The notes under the pieces: model-generated | Seen by the model: only the letters and a program-made list of their open reading frames with translations | Databases searched by the model: none | Told to the model about the DNA's origin: nothing | Part shown: positions 1 to 8,794 of the stretch, piece after piece | Layout: the number at the start of each line of letters is the position of its first letter | How positions within the stretch are numbered: the first letter of the stretch is position 1 | Translations under genes and position numbers: made by a program | DNA from: an uncultured Acidobacteriota bacterium | GTDB taxonomy: Bacteria; Acidobacteriota; Thermoanaerobaculia; Multivoradales; UBA5704 | DNA length: 64,000 nucleotides | Direction: 5' to 3' | NCBI GenBank assembly: GCA_963756595.1 | Contig: CAVWOZ010000057.1 | Location: 24,707-88,706, forward strand

Positions 1-577
1 GTGTTCTCGGCCGCCGAGTCGCGGCAGATCCTCGCCGCCGGCGTCCGCCACGGCCTCCTGCCGCGCCTTCATGCCGACGAGTTCGTCGATTCCGGGGGGG
101 CCGAGCTGGCCGCCGAGCTGGGCGCCTTCTCGGCGGACCACCTGATGGCCGTCTCGCCGGCCGGCGTCGAGGCGCTCGCCGGCTCGGGGGTCACCGCCGT
201 GCTCCTCCCCGGCACCAGCTTTTTCCTGCGCAAGCACGTCTACGCCCCGGCCCGGCGCCTCGTCGAAGTCGGGGGTGCCGGTCGCCCTCGCCACCGACTG
301 CAACCCCGGCTCGTCGTTCACCGAGTCGATGCCGATGGTGGTGGTGCTCGCCGTCTTCGAGCTCGGCCTGACGGTCGAGGAGAGCCTGACGGCGGCCACC
401 CTCAACTCCGCCTGCTGCCTGGGGCTGGGCGGCGAGGTCGGCTCGATCGAGGCGGGGAAGCGGGCGGACCTCGTCCTGCTCGACGCTCCCAACCTCCTCC
501 ATCTGGTCTACCACTACGGGATCAATCCGGTCGCCGCCGTGGTGAAGGGGGGGAGGGTGGTGCGGCGGGCGGTTTGA
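1..577 (+). CDS. hutI: Imidazolonepropionase HutI, C-terminal part. The gene starts upstream of the window and carries a +1 frameshift in a GGGGG run near position 275.
   Basis: Frame 1 (1-270) and frame 2 (275-577) together give the HutI C-terminus, including ...VPVALATDCNPGSS...KRADLVLLDAPN... Removing one G from gtcgggggtgcc restores VEVGVPVALATDCNPGSS. Stop TGA at 575-577. Confidence 0.75.
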
Positions 578-638
578 AGTACAATCCACCCTTCCGAGAT
601 TCGCGCTCCAGCTGTCGACTCCACCAGGAGGCTCGACC

Positions 639-1166
639 TTGCGACCCCAAAACCCCAACCGCCCTCTCCTCCTCTCGCTCTGCGCCCTGGCGCTTTCCGC
701 CGGTCCGGCCCTCGCCGCGACCGGACCCTCGGCCCAGACATCGCAGGCATCGCAGACGGTGCAGGCCGTCCACGACACCCGCGACGGTACCCGCGGCATC
801 AGGGCTCATGCGGTCGTGGACTCCCGGGAGGTGGTCACCTCGTCGGGTCTCCATTACGTCGATCTGCGGGTCGGCGACGGCGACGAGGCGGCGTCCGGCA
901 AGATCCTCGAGGTCCACTACGTCGGCTGGCTCAGCGACGGCACCCGCTTCGACTCGACGCGCGACCGCGACCGCCCGCTGACCTTCCGGCTCGGCGCCGG
1001 CGACGCCCTCAAGGGGTGGGACGAAGGGCTGGTCGGCATGAAGGTGGGGGGGCGGCGCAAGCTGGTGATCCCCCCCGGCCTCGGCTTCGGCCGCCAGGGG
1101 GTGGGGAGCGTCGTCCCTCCGAACGCCACCCTCTACTACGAATTCGAGCTGCTCGGAGTGCGGTAA
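639..1166 (+). CDS. FKBP-type peptidyl-prolyl cis-trans isomerase, exported (signal peptide; FkpA/FklB-like).
   Basis: TTG start with an AGGAGG RBS 8 nt upstream. N-terminal signal LLLSLCALALSAGPALAA. FKBP domain motifs GWDEGLVGMKVGGRRKLVIPPGLGFG...VVPPNATLYYEFELLGV. Confidence 0.85.
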   Translation: MRPQNPNRPLLLSLCALALSAGPALAATGPSAQTSQASQTVQAVHDTRDGTRGIRAHAVVDSREVVTSSGLHYVDLRVGDGDEAASGKILEVHYVGWLSDGTRFDSTRDRDRPLTFRLGAGDALKGWDEGLVGMKVGGRRKLVIPPGLGFGRQGVGSVVPPNATLYYEFELLGVR

Positions 1167-1238
1167 GCTCGCGGGCCACGGACGGCGGGAGCGGGACGAT
1201 CCCCTCTGCCGCCACTACCTCGAGAGGAGCCCCATCCC

Positions 1239-1613
1239 ATGGCAGAGCAGGAAGTCACCACCCCGTCGGGCCTCAAATACACGGATCTCCAGGTCGGCGA
1301 CGGCGCCGAGGCCAAGGCCGGCCAGCAGGTCAGCGTGCACTACACCGGCTGGCTCGAGAACGGCACCAAGTTCGACTCCAGCCTCGACCGCCCGATCCCC
1401 TTCAACCAGGACCGCCCGGCCACTTTCGACTTCGCCCTCGGCGGCGGCCAGGTGATCCGCGGCTGGGACGAAGGGGTCGCCGGGATGAAGGTCGGCGGCA
1501 AGCGGCGCCTCACCATCCCCGCCGCCCTCGGCTACGGCGCCCGCGGCGCCGGCGGCGTCATCCCGCCGAACGCGACGCTGATCTTCGAGGTCGAGCTGCT
1601 GGGGGTGAAGTAG
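1239..1613 (+). CDS. FKBP-type peptidyl-prolyl cis-trans isomerase, cytoplasmic, 124 aa.
   Basis: [50 protein letters not shown]. Tandem paralogue of the preceding gene. Confidence 0.85.
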   Translation: MAEQEVTTPSGLKYTDLQVGDGAEAKAGQQVSVHYTGWLENGTKFDSSLDRPIPFNQDRPATFDFALGGGQVIRGWDEGVAGMKVGGKRRLTIPAALGYGARGAGGVIPPNATLIFEVELLGVK

Positions 1614-1640
1614 GATCCGGAAAGCGGGCGACCGCAGGTC

Positions 1641-1775
1641 GCCCGGGTGCCTTTTTCCTCCCCCGTACTCGGGGGAGGCCAGGAGGGGGCGTTCCGGAGG
1701 CCGGCCCGCTTCCTTGGTTGGAGCGCTGCGAACCCCCTCCTAACCTCCCCCGAGTACGGGGGAGGAACAAAGCTC
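1641..1775. repeat. MITE-like element, copy A (~135 bp, with terminal inverted repeats).
   Basis: tttttcctcccccgtactcgggggagg ... cctcccccgagtacgggggaggaa. Near-identical to the copy at 47193-47333. The two ends are reverse complements of each other. Confidence 0.7.
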
Positions 1776-1782
1776 TCTTCGC

Positions 1783-2268
1783 TCAGGACAACCGGCGTTT
1801 TATATCGCTTGCCTCGCCTCCCGGCGGCACCGGCCGATTGACCAGGGAAGGCGCCGTCACCACCGGCACCGCCTCCAGCTCCTTCTCCTTCTTCTTCGCC
1901 TCCAGCTTCTCCGACTTGACCTCCTGGCGCAGCCGGGCGAAGGAGCTCATGTAGACGTTCGCCACCGCCACCAGGGCGAAGAAGGCGATGACGTACCCGC
2001 GCCAGTCGTCGAGGAGCAGGCGATAGCGGGTGAGGAAGAGGAAGAGCACCGTCACGTAGTGGCTGAAGCAGTACTCGCAGGTGAAGAGGTAGAAGAACTT
2101 GCGGGCCAGCAGGGAGCGGCAGCTCTTGGAGCGCTCGGCACAGAACTCGCGAGGCTCGCGGAAGATCTCCTCGTGCGTCACCGTCCACGCCACGCAGGCG
2201 ATCGGGATCGCCAGCAGGACGAGCCACACGATCTGCTGCAGCCATTGGGTGCTGAGGGGTGGATTCAT
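1783..2268 (-). CDS. Small integral membrane protein of unknown function, 161 aa.
   Basis: ATG (cat at 2266-2268). The hydrophobic segments QIVWLVLLAIPIACVAW and YVTVLFLFL plus VIAFFALVAVANVYM are followed by a lysine/glutamate-rich charged tail. No recognised family. Confidence 0.5.
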   Translation of the reverse strand: MNPPLSTQWLQQIVWLVLLAIPIACVAWTVTHEEIFREPREFCAERSKSCRSLLARKFFYLFTCEYCFSHYVTVLFLFLTRYRLLLDDWRGYVIAFFALVAVANVYMSSFARLRQEVKSEKLEAKKKEKELEAVPVVTAPSLVNRPVPPGGEASDIKRRLS

Positions 2269-2334
2269 GGCGGAATCCTCCTGCAAGAGCGGGGCCCTCC
2301 ACCGGCGTTCGATGGCCGCTGATAAGCTGACCGC

Positions 2335-3309
2335 GTGAAACCCAAGGCGAAGGTCCTGATCCGAGTCCTGCTCCTGCTGGCGGTCGCCGGCGGCGTGGCG
2401 TGGTGGTTCTTCTTCCGTCCCAAGCCGGACCCGCGGCTCGTCCTCTCGGGCTCGATCGAGGCGAACACGGTCGAGGTCGGCTCGCTCCTCGGCGGACGGG
2501 TGGCGAGCGTCGACGTCAAGGAGGGGGACGTGGTCCGCGCCGGCCAGACGCTGGTGACCTTCGAGGCCGACCTGCGCGACCTCGAGATCGCCCAGCAGCG
2601 CGCGGTGGTCCAGCAGGCCGAGGCGGACCTCGCGCGGGTGAAGCGGGGGCCGCGCCCGGAGGATCGGCGCCAGGCCGAGATCAACTGGCAGAGCGCCGAG
2701 ACCGACCGCAAGCGCTTCGAGGCGCTGGTCAAGGCCGGCGCGATCAGCCAGCGCGACTACGACGCCACCCAGGTCAAGGCGGCGAACGCCCACGAGACCT
2801 ACCTCGCGGCCACCCGCGGCGGCCGGCCGGAGGAGGTCGCCGCCGCGGACGCCACCCTGGCCCAGGCGCGCGAGCGCCTCGCCTTCCTCACCCGGCAGCA
2901 CCAGGAGCTGGTGGTCGCCGCCCCGGCCTCCGGCGTCGTCGAGGTGCTCAACCTCCGCCCGGGCGATCTGGTGGCCGCCAACCAGCCGGTGGCGACCCTC
3001 CTCGAGGCGGACCAGATCTGGGTGCGGGTCTACGTCCCCGAGACCCAGCTCGGCCGGGTGCGCATCGGCCAGGGCGCCGCCGTCCACGTCGACACCTTCC
3101 CGCACCGCGCCTTCCCCGGGCACGTGGTCGAGGTCCGCACCCAGGCCGAGTACACGCCGCGCAACATCCAGACCCTCGACCAGCGCAGCGATCAGGTCTT
3201 CGGCGTCAAGGTGGCGATCGACCCCACCCCGGAGCTGAAGCCCGGCATGGCGGCGATCGTCACCCTGGCCGAGCCGGGCTCAGCCGCAGCGCCGGGCGCG
3301 CCGCGATGA
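2335..3309 (+). CDS. HlyD-family periplasmic adaptor (membrane fusion protein) of an efflux ABC system.
   Basis: N-terminal TM anchor, a coiled-coil region, then beta-barrel motifs typical of HlyD/YhiI. The stop overlaps the ATG of the downstream ABC ATPase (ATGA). Confidence 0.8.
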   Translation: MKPKAKVLIRVLLLLAVAGGVAWWFFFRPKPDPRLVLSGSIEANTVEVGSLLGGRVASVDVKEGDVVRAGQTLVTFEADLRDLEIAQQRAVVQQAEADLARVKRGPRPEDRRQAEINWQSAETDRKRFEALVKAGAISQRDYDATQVKAANAHETYLAATRGGRPEEVAAADATLAQARERLAFLTRQHQELVVAAPASGVVEVLNLRPGDLVAANQPVATLLEADQIWVRVYVPETQLGRVRIGQGAAVHVDTFPHRAFPGHVVEVRTQAEYTPRNIQTLDQRSDQVFGVKVAIDPTPELKPGMAAIVTLAEPGSAAAPGAPR

Positions 3310-4337
3310 GCGAGGCCGCCCCCGCTCCAGCCGTCCTCGCCCCGCCTGTCGCCGGCGCGGACGCGGATGCGGACACGGACGTCGACTACGGCATCCTCGC
3401 CGAGGGGGTCTCCCGCGACTTCGGCAAGTTCCGCGCCCTCGACAAGGTCTCGCTCCGCGTGCCGCGCGGCGAGATCTATGGCCTCCTGGGGCCGAACGGC
3501 TCGGGGAAGTCGACGCTGATCCGCATCCTCTGCGGCCTGCTGTCTCCCACCGAGGGGAAGGCGGCGGTCGACGGGCTCGACGTCACCCGCCACGGCGAGG
3601 AGATCCGCCGCCGCATCGGCTACGTGCCGCAGAAGTTCTCGCTCTACGAGGACCTCTCGGTGCTCGAGAACCTCGACTTCTTCGCCGACGTCTACGGCCT
3701 CAAGGGGCCGGTCCTCAAGGAGCGCCGCGAGTGGGCGATCGAGCTGACCGGCATCGGCCCGTACCGCACCCGGCTGGCCGGCCAGCTCTCGGGCGGTTGG
3801 AAGCAGCGCCTGTCGCTCGCCGCCGCCGTGATGCACCGGCCGCGCGTCCTCTTTCTCGACGAGCCCACGGCCGGCATCGATCCGGTCGCCCGCCGCGAGC
3901 TGTGGAACCTCCTCTTCGACCTCGCGGCGCAGAACGTCACCCTCCTCGTCACCACCCACTACATGGACGAGGCCGAGCGCTGCGGCAAGGTGGGGTACAT
4001 CTACCTCTCGCGCATGCTGGTCGAGGGGAAGCCGGACGAGCTCACCCACCTCGCCGAGGTCACCCCCGAGGGGACGCGGCGGATCGAGGCGGCCTGCGAG
4101 CAGGGGGCCGCGGCGCTGATGGGAAAGGCGCGCGCCAAGCCCTGGGTGCAGGACGTCACCATCTTCGGCAACGCCCTCCACCTGCTGGTGGACGCGAGCC
4201 GCGACGACGCCGAGATCGAGCGCGAGCTGACAGAAGCCGCCGGCTCGCCGGTGCACGTGCGGCCGATCGCCCCTTCGCTCGAGGACGTCTTCGTGCGCCT
4301 CACCCGCCTCCAGACCCTGCCTCACGAAAGGGGACCG
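3306..4337 (+). CDS. ABC transporter ATP-binding protein (ABC-2 / YhiH-like). It reads in frame into the permease with no stop codon.
   Basis: Walker [13 protein letters not shown] signature LSGGWKQRL, Walker [14 protein letters not shown]-loop TTHYMDEA. Confidence 0.8.
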
Positions 4338-5445
4338 ATGAGAGGCTTCGGCGCCATCCTTCGCAAGGAGGGGTTGCAGATGATCCGCGACCGGGCGACG
4401 CTCCGCTTCTCGCTCGCCATCCCGATCTTCCAGCTCGTCCTCTTCGGACTGATCGACACCAACGTCCGGCACGTGCCGACGGTGGTCTTCGACCAGAGCC
4501 GGAGCGCCGAGAGCCGGGCGCTGATCGACGACTTCGTGAACACCAGCTACTTCGAGGTGGTGGGCTACGCGCCGTCGCGCGCCGCCCTCCGCGAGCAGAT
4601 CGTGGCCGGCCGCGCCTCGGTGGGGATCGAGGTCCCCCCCGACTTCGACGAGAAGCGGCAGCGCGGCCAGTCGGCGAACTTCCTGGTGCTGATCGACGGC
4701 TCGGACTCGAGCATCTCGGCGCAGGCCTTGGGCGCCGCCAACGGCGTCGGCGCTCAACCAGTCGCTCGAGGAGATCCGCGCCAAAATCGGGGTCAGCGAT
4801 TTTCCCCTGGAGGCGCGGCCCACGCTCCTCTTCAACCCCGACTCGCGGAGCGCCAACCTGCTGATCCCCGGGCTCGTCGCCATCCTGCTCACCTTCTCGG
4901 GGACCCTCCTCTCCGCCTACGCCATCGTGCGCGAGCGCGAGCGCGGCACCCTCGAGCAGCTGATGGTCACCCCGGCCTCGCCGCTCGCCGTGGTGCTCGG
5001 CAAGATCCTGCCCTACCTCGCGCTCTCCTTCGTGCAGCTCTGCTTCGTGCTGGCCCTGATGACCTTCGTCTTCAAGGTGCCGATCCACGGCAGCCTGCCG
5101 CTGCTGCTGGGGCTCTCGCTCGTCTACCTCTTCGCCCTGCTGTCGCTGGGGCTCCTGGTCTCCTCGCGGGCGAAGACGCAGATGGAGGCGACGCAGCTCG
5201 CGCAGATCATCCTCCTCCCCTCGATCATGCTCTCCGGCTACATCTTCCCCCTCTCCTCGCTGCCGGCCCCCCTGCGCGTCGTCTCGCAGATCCTCCCCGC
5301 CACCCACTTCATCGCCATCTCGCGAGGGATCATCATCCGCGGCGCCACCTTCCAGGACCTCTGGAGCCACGTCGCCGCCCTCCTGGTGATCGCCGCCGTC
5401 CTGGTCGCGGGAAGCGCGCGGGCGTTCCAGAAGACGATTTCGTAG
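4338..5445 (+). CDS. ABC-2 type transporter permease (YhhJ-like), with a frameshift near 4745.
   Basis: [37 protein letters not shown]... in frame 3 up to ~4745. It continues in frame 1 as ...[15 protein letters not shown]...[39 protein letters not shown]... through to 5445. Confidence 0.7.
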
Positions 5446-5469
5446 GGGGCCAGGTCGTCAGGAGGATTC

Positions 5470-5700
5470 GCCAGCCCCGAAGGGGCGAAAGCATAGAGCC
5501 TGGGGCGTGAGCCCCAGGGAACCGGCCTCCCGACCTTCCAAAGCCCCGAAGGGGCGGCAGCAGACCCTGCCCGGAATGGTCTGCTGCCGCCCCTTCGGGG
5601 CTGGGGTCAAATGGCGCGCACGAACCTGGGGCTTACGCCCCAGGCTCTACGCTGCCGCCCCTTCGGGGCTGGCGGTGTGCCCGTCGGGCATTTTCCAGAT
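5470..5700. repeat. Cluster of GC-rich hairpin (REP-like) repeats in the intergenic region.
   Basis: Four copies of (a/c)gccccgaaggggc(g/t) in both orientations. Additional stem-loops: cctggggcGTGAgccccagg (GNRA loop), cctggggcttacgccccagg, and cagcagaccctgcccggaatggtctgctg. Confidence 0.55.
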
Positions 5701-5932
5701 CCTGCTCAAGCTCTTCGGGTTTCTCGCCGAAAGGCGAAAGGCCGTGCTGTCCCAGCAGGAACAGGAAGGTCGTCCTGGGTACCCCGGCCAGCTTGGCGGC
5801 CAAGCCCGAGCTGAGCCTCCCCAATTCGTAGAATTTGACCGCGAGAAGCAGGCGAGCCTCGGCCTCGAACTCGTCCGGTTCCTCTTGCAGGGCTTGGAGA
5901 ATCTCCGGCGGATAGGGGATGGTCAGGTTCAT
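5633..5932 (-). CDS. UPF0175-family small HTH protein (antitoxin-like).
   Basis: MNLTIPYPPEILQALQEEPDEFEAEARLLLAVKFYELGRLSSGLAAKLAGVPRTTFLFLLGQHGLSPF is the typical UPF0175 fold. Its 3' end runs into the hairpin repeats. Confidence 0.6.
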   Translation of the reverse strand: MNLTIPYPPEILQALQEEPDEFEAEARLLLAVKFYELGRLSSGLAAKLAGVPRTTFLFLLGQHGLSPFGEKPEELEQDLENARRAHRQPRRGGSVEPGA

Positions 5933-5992
5933 GGTCGTCACGCTTTCTCGAAGGGTAACACCGCCTCCATATACTCGACAGAGGAGAACACG

Positions 5993-6208
5993 ATGCCTGA
6001 GATAGTGATCCAGCTGGACGATGAGACCGCCGAGCGGCTGCGAAAGGCTTCCGAGAAGGATGGGATCAGTCCCTCGGCTTGGGTGAAGCAAGCGATCCGG
6101 CTCCGGCTCCACGACAAGCTTCCCGACTCCTTCTTCGCAGTCCTGGGCACCTGGGAGGACAGCCGAAGCACGGAAGAGATCCTGCGGGATCTCCGGACTT
6201 CCGGTTAA
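5993..6208 (+). CDS. Ribbon-helix-helix-like small protein (putative antitoxin), 71 aa.
   Basis: MPEIVIQLDDETAERLRKASEKDGISPSAWVKQAIRLRLHD.. has the RHH beta-strand then helix pattern. Divergent from the UPF0175 gene. Confidence 0.5.
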   Translation: MPEIVIQLDDETAERLRKASEKDGISPSAWVKQAIRLRLHDKLPDSFFAVLGTWEDSRSTEEILRDLRTSG

Positions 6209-6254
6209 CCCGGCCCGATCCTTGCTCCCCTCCCCAGGGCAAGGAGGAACTGCC

Positions 6255-6488
6255 TTGCCAAACTCAAGATCCGCCAACACTTACGACCCCCTCGATCCCC
6301 GCCGCGACCGCGATCCCCGGGAGCCGACCGACGATCCGGCGCGCGAGGAGCCGCTGGACAATCCCGACGAGGACCCTTTGGAGCAGCCGCCCGTCGGCGA
6401 CCCCGGGGAGGCCCCGGAGGACGAGCCGGTCCGGCGCGACCCGGATTCGAAGGAGCCTCCGATGCAGATGACGCCGGTGAGGAGCTGA
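6255..6488 (+). CDS. Small acidic, proline- and aspartate-rich protein (predicted disordered).
   Basis: AAGGAGG RBS 7 nt upstream of TTG 6255. Sequence is NTYDPLDPRRDRDPREPTDDPAREEPLDNPDEDPLEQPPVGDPGEAPEDEP... Low complexity. The opposite-strand ORFs here are high-GC artefacts. Confidence 0.3.
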   Translation: MPNSRSANTYDPLDPRRDRDPREPTDDPAREEPLDNPDEDPLEQPPVGDPGEAPEDEPVRRDPDSKEPPMQMTPVRS

Positions 6489-6515
6489 CCGCCCGGCCCT
6501 GCTAGAGTACCCGCC

Positions 6516-7334
6516 ATGTTCGGCCGCCCGCGCTCCGGCTCCACCCTCTGCCCCTCCTGCGGCAAGCTGGTCGGGGTCAACGACGACGTCTGCCTCAATT
6601 GTGGCCGCAAGCGGCCCGGGATGTGGGGGCTGACGTCGCTCCTGCGCGGGGTGGGGAAGGACATGGGGCTGGTGCAGGCGGTGATCGTGGGGAACGCGCT
6701 CCTCTACGTCGCCATGCTGCTCTTCGACCCCGGGAACATCGGAATGTCGGGGCTGTTCAACCTGCTGGCTCCGAGCCCCCGCGCCCTGATCCGCTTCGGG
6801 GCCGCCGGCGCCATCCCCGTCTTCGCGCTGGGGCACTGGTGGAGCCTCCTCTCCGCCGGCTGGCTCCACGCGAGTCTCCTCCACATCGGCTTCAACCTCT
6901 ACTGGATCCGCTTCCTCGCTCCCGAGACGGCGGAGCATTACGGCCCGTCGCGCACGGTGATCATCTACTCGATCTCCTCGATCACCGGTTTCCTGGCCAG
7001 CAGCCTGTTCGGCTCGCAGCTCACCGTGGGAGCCTCGGCGCCGATCCTCGGCCTCCTCGGCGCGCTCGTCTACTTCAGCCGCCGCACCGGCAACAGCCAC
7101 GTGGGGCGCATGGCGTGGACCTATGCCATCTTCATGATCGTGATGGGATTCTTCGGAGCGCGCACGGACAACTTTGCCCACATCGGCGGCTTTCTCGGCG
7201 GCTTCCTCGCCGGCGTTCTGCTCGACCCCCGCAAGAACGAGACGGGGAACCACACCCTGGCCGCGCTGGTCTGCCTGCTCCTCACCGTGGCCTCGGTCGT
7301 GGCCTCGCTGGTGGTGCCGCTGCCGATGCGGTAG
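6516..7334 (+). CDS. Rhomboid-family intramembrane serine protease with an N-terminal zinc-ribbon.
   Basis: CPSCG...CLNCG zinc ribbon. Six TM segments. Catalytic GASAP (Ser) and AHIGGFLGG (His) motifs. Confidence 0.85.
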   Translation: MFGRPRSGSTLCPSCGKLVGVNDDVCLNCGRKRPGMWGLTSLLRGVGKDMGLVQAVIVGNALLYVAMLLFDPGNIGMSGLFNLLAPSPRALIRFGAAGAIPVFALGHWWSLLSAGWLHASLLHIGFNLYWIRFLAPETAEHYGPSRTVIIYSISSITGFLASSLFGSQLTVGASAPILGLLGALVYFSRRTGNSHVGRMAWTYAIFMIVMGFFGARTDNFAHIGGFLGGFLAGVLLDPRKNETGNHTLAALVCLLLTVASVVASLVVPLPMR

Positions 7335-7420
7335 CGGTTTCCCGGGAAATTCGTGGCGCCGCCCCGGTTTTGTCCCGCGGGAGCGTCACGCTCCCCCGGT
7401 TCTCGTTTTGGAAGACCTGT

Positions 7421-7865
7421 TCAATGTCACGTTGCACAGGTTCCACGTTCCGGAAAACCTGTGCTTCGTTCCGTTGCGCAGGTTCACCGTTCCGAAGAAC
7501 TTGTGCAACGTCCCGATGCCCGACGTCAACGTTCGGATGCACGGGTGCATCGTCACGATGCACAAGTTCCCCGGTCTGAAGAACCAGTGCAACGTCACGA
7601 TGCACAGGTTCCCCGGTCTGAAGAACGAGGTCAACGTCACGCTGCACAAGTTCACCCTTTGGCGGAACCAGGTCAACGTGACGTTTCCCTGGGTCAACGT
7701 TCGAGAGCACCAGGGAATCGTCCCGCGGAACCACTTCCACGGTCCGTGGAACCTGTGCAACGTCTCGTTGCACAGGTGCATCGGCCCGCTGCACTTGGTC
7801 AACGTCACGCTTCCCCGGCGCAACGGCCGGAAGCACCGGGTCAACGTCACGTTTCACCGGGTCGC
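7421..7865. repeat. Degenerate 42-bp tandem repeat array, about 10 units.
   Basis: Units resembling caacgtcacgatgcacaggttccccggtctgaagaaccagtg. Open in three or more frames on both strands. A partial copy recurs at about 10160-10215. Confidence 0.8.
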
Positions 7866-8000
7866 CAGATCGTGGCACAGGGCGGGAGCTTGTAACCTTT
7901 CGACCCTGGAGCCCGCCTGTGACTGGCGGAGGCTGAGCAGTCCCTGGAATGGCCCAGCTCTGCGCGGCCCCTTCTTCGGTCCAAGCCGAAAGGAGCGTTT

Positions 8001-8252
8001 ATGATGTCTGGAAATCTCGTCACCCGTTCCACGTTGTTCGCTCTTCTGCTGGTGATGCTCGCGGCCGTGTTCATGCTGCTGACGCCGAAGCCCGCCATGG
8101 CCTGCCCGGTCGGTTTCAACCCAACGACGTCAACCATCTACTACACCGATGCGAGCGAAACGAAGATCTCCTGTACGGCGGGAGGCTGCGACAACAAGAC
8201 CTGCACCCCCACACCCTATTTCCGGACCGTTCACCTTTGCTGCTCCGCCTGA
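8001..8252 (+). CDS. Small secreted cysteine-rich protein (83 aa precursor; signal peptide plus ~50 aa mature part with 6 Cys).
   Basis: AGGAG RBS 5 nt upstream of ATG. Signal peptide MMSGNLVTRSTLFALLLVMLAAVFMLLTPKPAMA. Mature part CPVGFNPTTSTIYYTDASETKISCTAGGCDNKTCTPTPYFRTVHLCCSA. Confidence 0.6.
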   Translation: MMSGNLVTRSTLFALLLVMLAAVFMLLTPKPAMACPVGFNPTTSTIYYTDASETKISCTAGGCDNKTCTPTPYFRTVHLCCSA

Positions 8253-8261
8253 GGATGGTTG

Positions 8262-8345
8262 AAGACCGGGCGGTGTTCTGTGCGCGTCGTCCGAAGGGGC
8301 GAAAATCTGATGAGCCGGGTGCTTTAGCACCCGGTCTCGGCTGGT
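8262..8345. repeat. REP-like hairpin repeat, partial copy.
   Basis: gtgcgcgtcgtccgaaggggcgaaaatctgatgagccgggtgctttagcacccggtctcgg matches the family found at 9255, 9950, 31188 and 31320. Confidence 0.7.
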
Positions 8346-8435
8346 GGTGCTGCTGCCGATGCGGTAAGACGGGGCGGAGGCGCGCGACGCTGGGGGAAAG
8401 GCGGCGCAACCCGGGGCGATGGCAATTCTTCTCAG

Positions 8436-8750
8436 GGACGGACCTCTCCCTGACGAGTACGCCGTCATCCCTCGCGGGGACGGGCCTCTCCCCGGCGGGG
8501 ATGGAGAGATTCATCGCAGGTACGGGCCTGTCCCTGGCAGGGACACCCCTTTCCCCGGGTTGTTGAGGCCTTGCCCCGGGTTGTTGAGGCCTTTCCCCGA
8601 GTTGTTGAGGCCTTGCCCCGAGTTGTTGAGGCCTTGCCCCGAGTTGTTGAGGCCTTGCCCCACGATGCCGAGACGTTGCCCCGGGTTGTCGAGCCTTCGC
8701 CTCGTGATGTCGAGGCTTCCCCCCGTGATGTCGAGCCTTCTCCCTCGCGG
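8436..8750. repeat. 21-bp tandem repeat array, about 15 units. Five are perfect copies of ccccg(g/a)gttgttgaggccttg.
   Basis: 8560-8665 holds five near-identical 21-mers. Degenerate units sit on both sides. All frames are open. Confidence 0.8.
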
Positions 8751-8794
8751 GTCCGCGGCTCCCCGAGACAGCGGCGCGCTCCTGCGATGCTAAA

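Noticed and set aside
7855-7900. Possible sigma-54 promoter (TGGCAC...GCTTG) upstream of the secreted Cys-rich gene, which would fit the nearby sigma-54 regulator.
   Set aside because: The GG-to-GC spacing is about 2 nt off the -24/-12 consensus and there is no TTGC element, so it is not a convincing match.
8130-8468. ORFs encoding a conserved ...ALKHRANQIFAPSG... peptide. These are 8130-8468, 9346-10224, 31097-31324 and 31310-31573.
   Set aside because: The conserved peptide is simply the translation of the dispersed REP-like DNA repeat. It has no RBS or start context, and it appears in both orientations.
7421-8750. Considered whether the 42-bp and 21-bp repeat arrays are CRISPR arrays.
   Set aside because: Units are contiguous, degenerate tandem copies without unique spacers of defined length. 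There are no cas genes nearby and the repeat length pattern is atypical.
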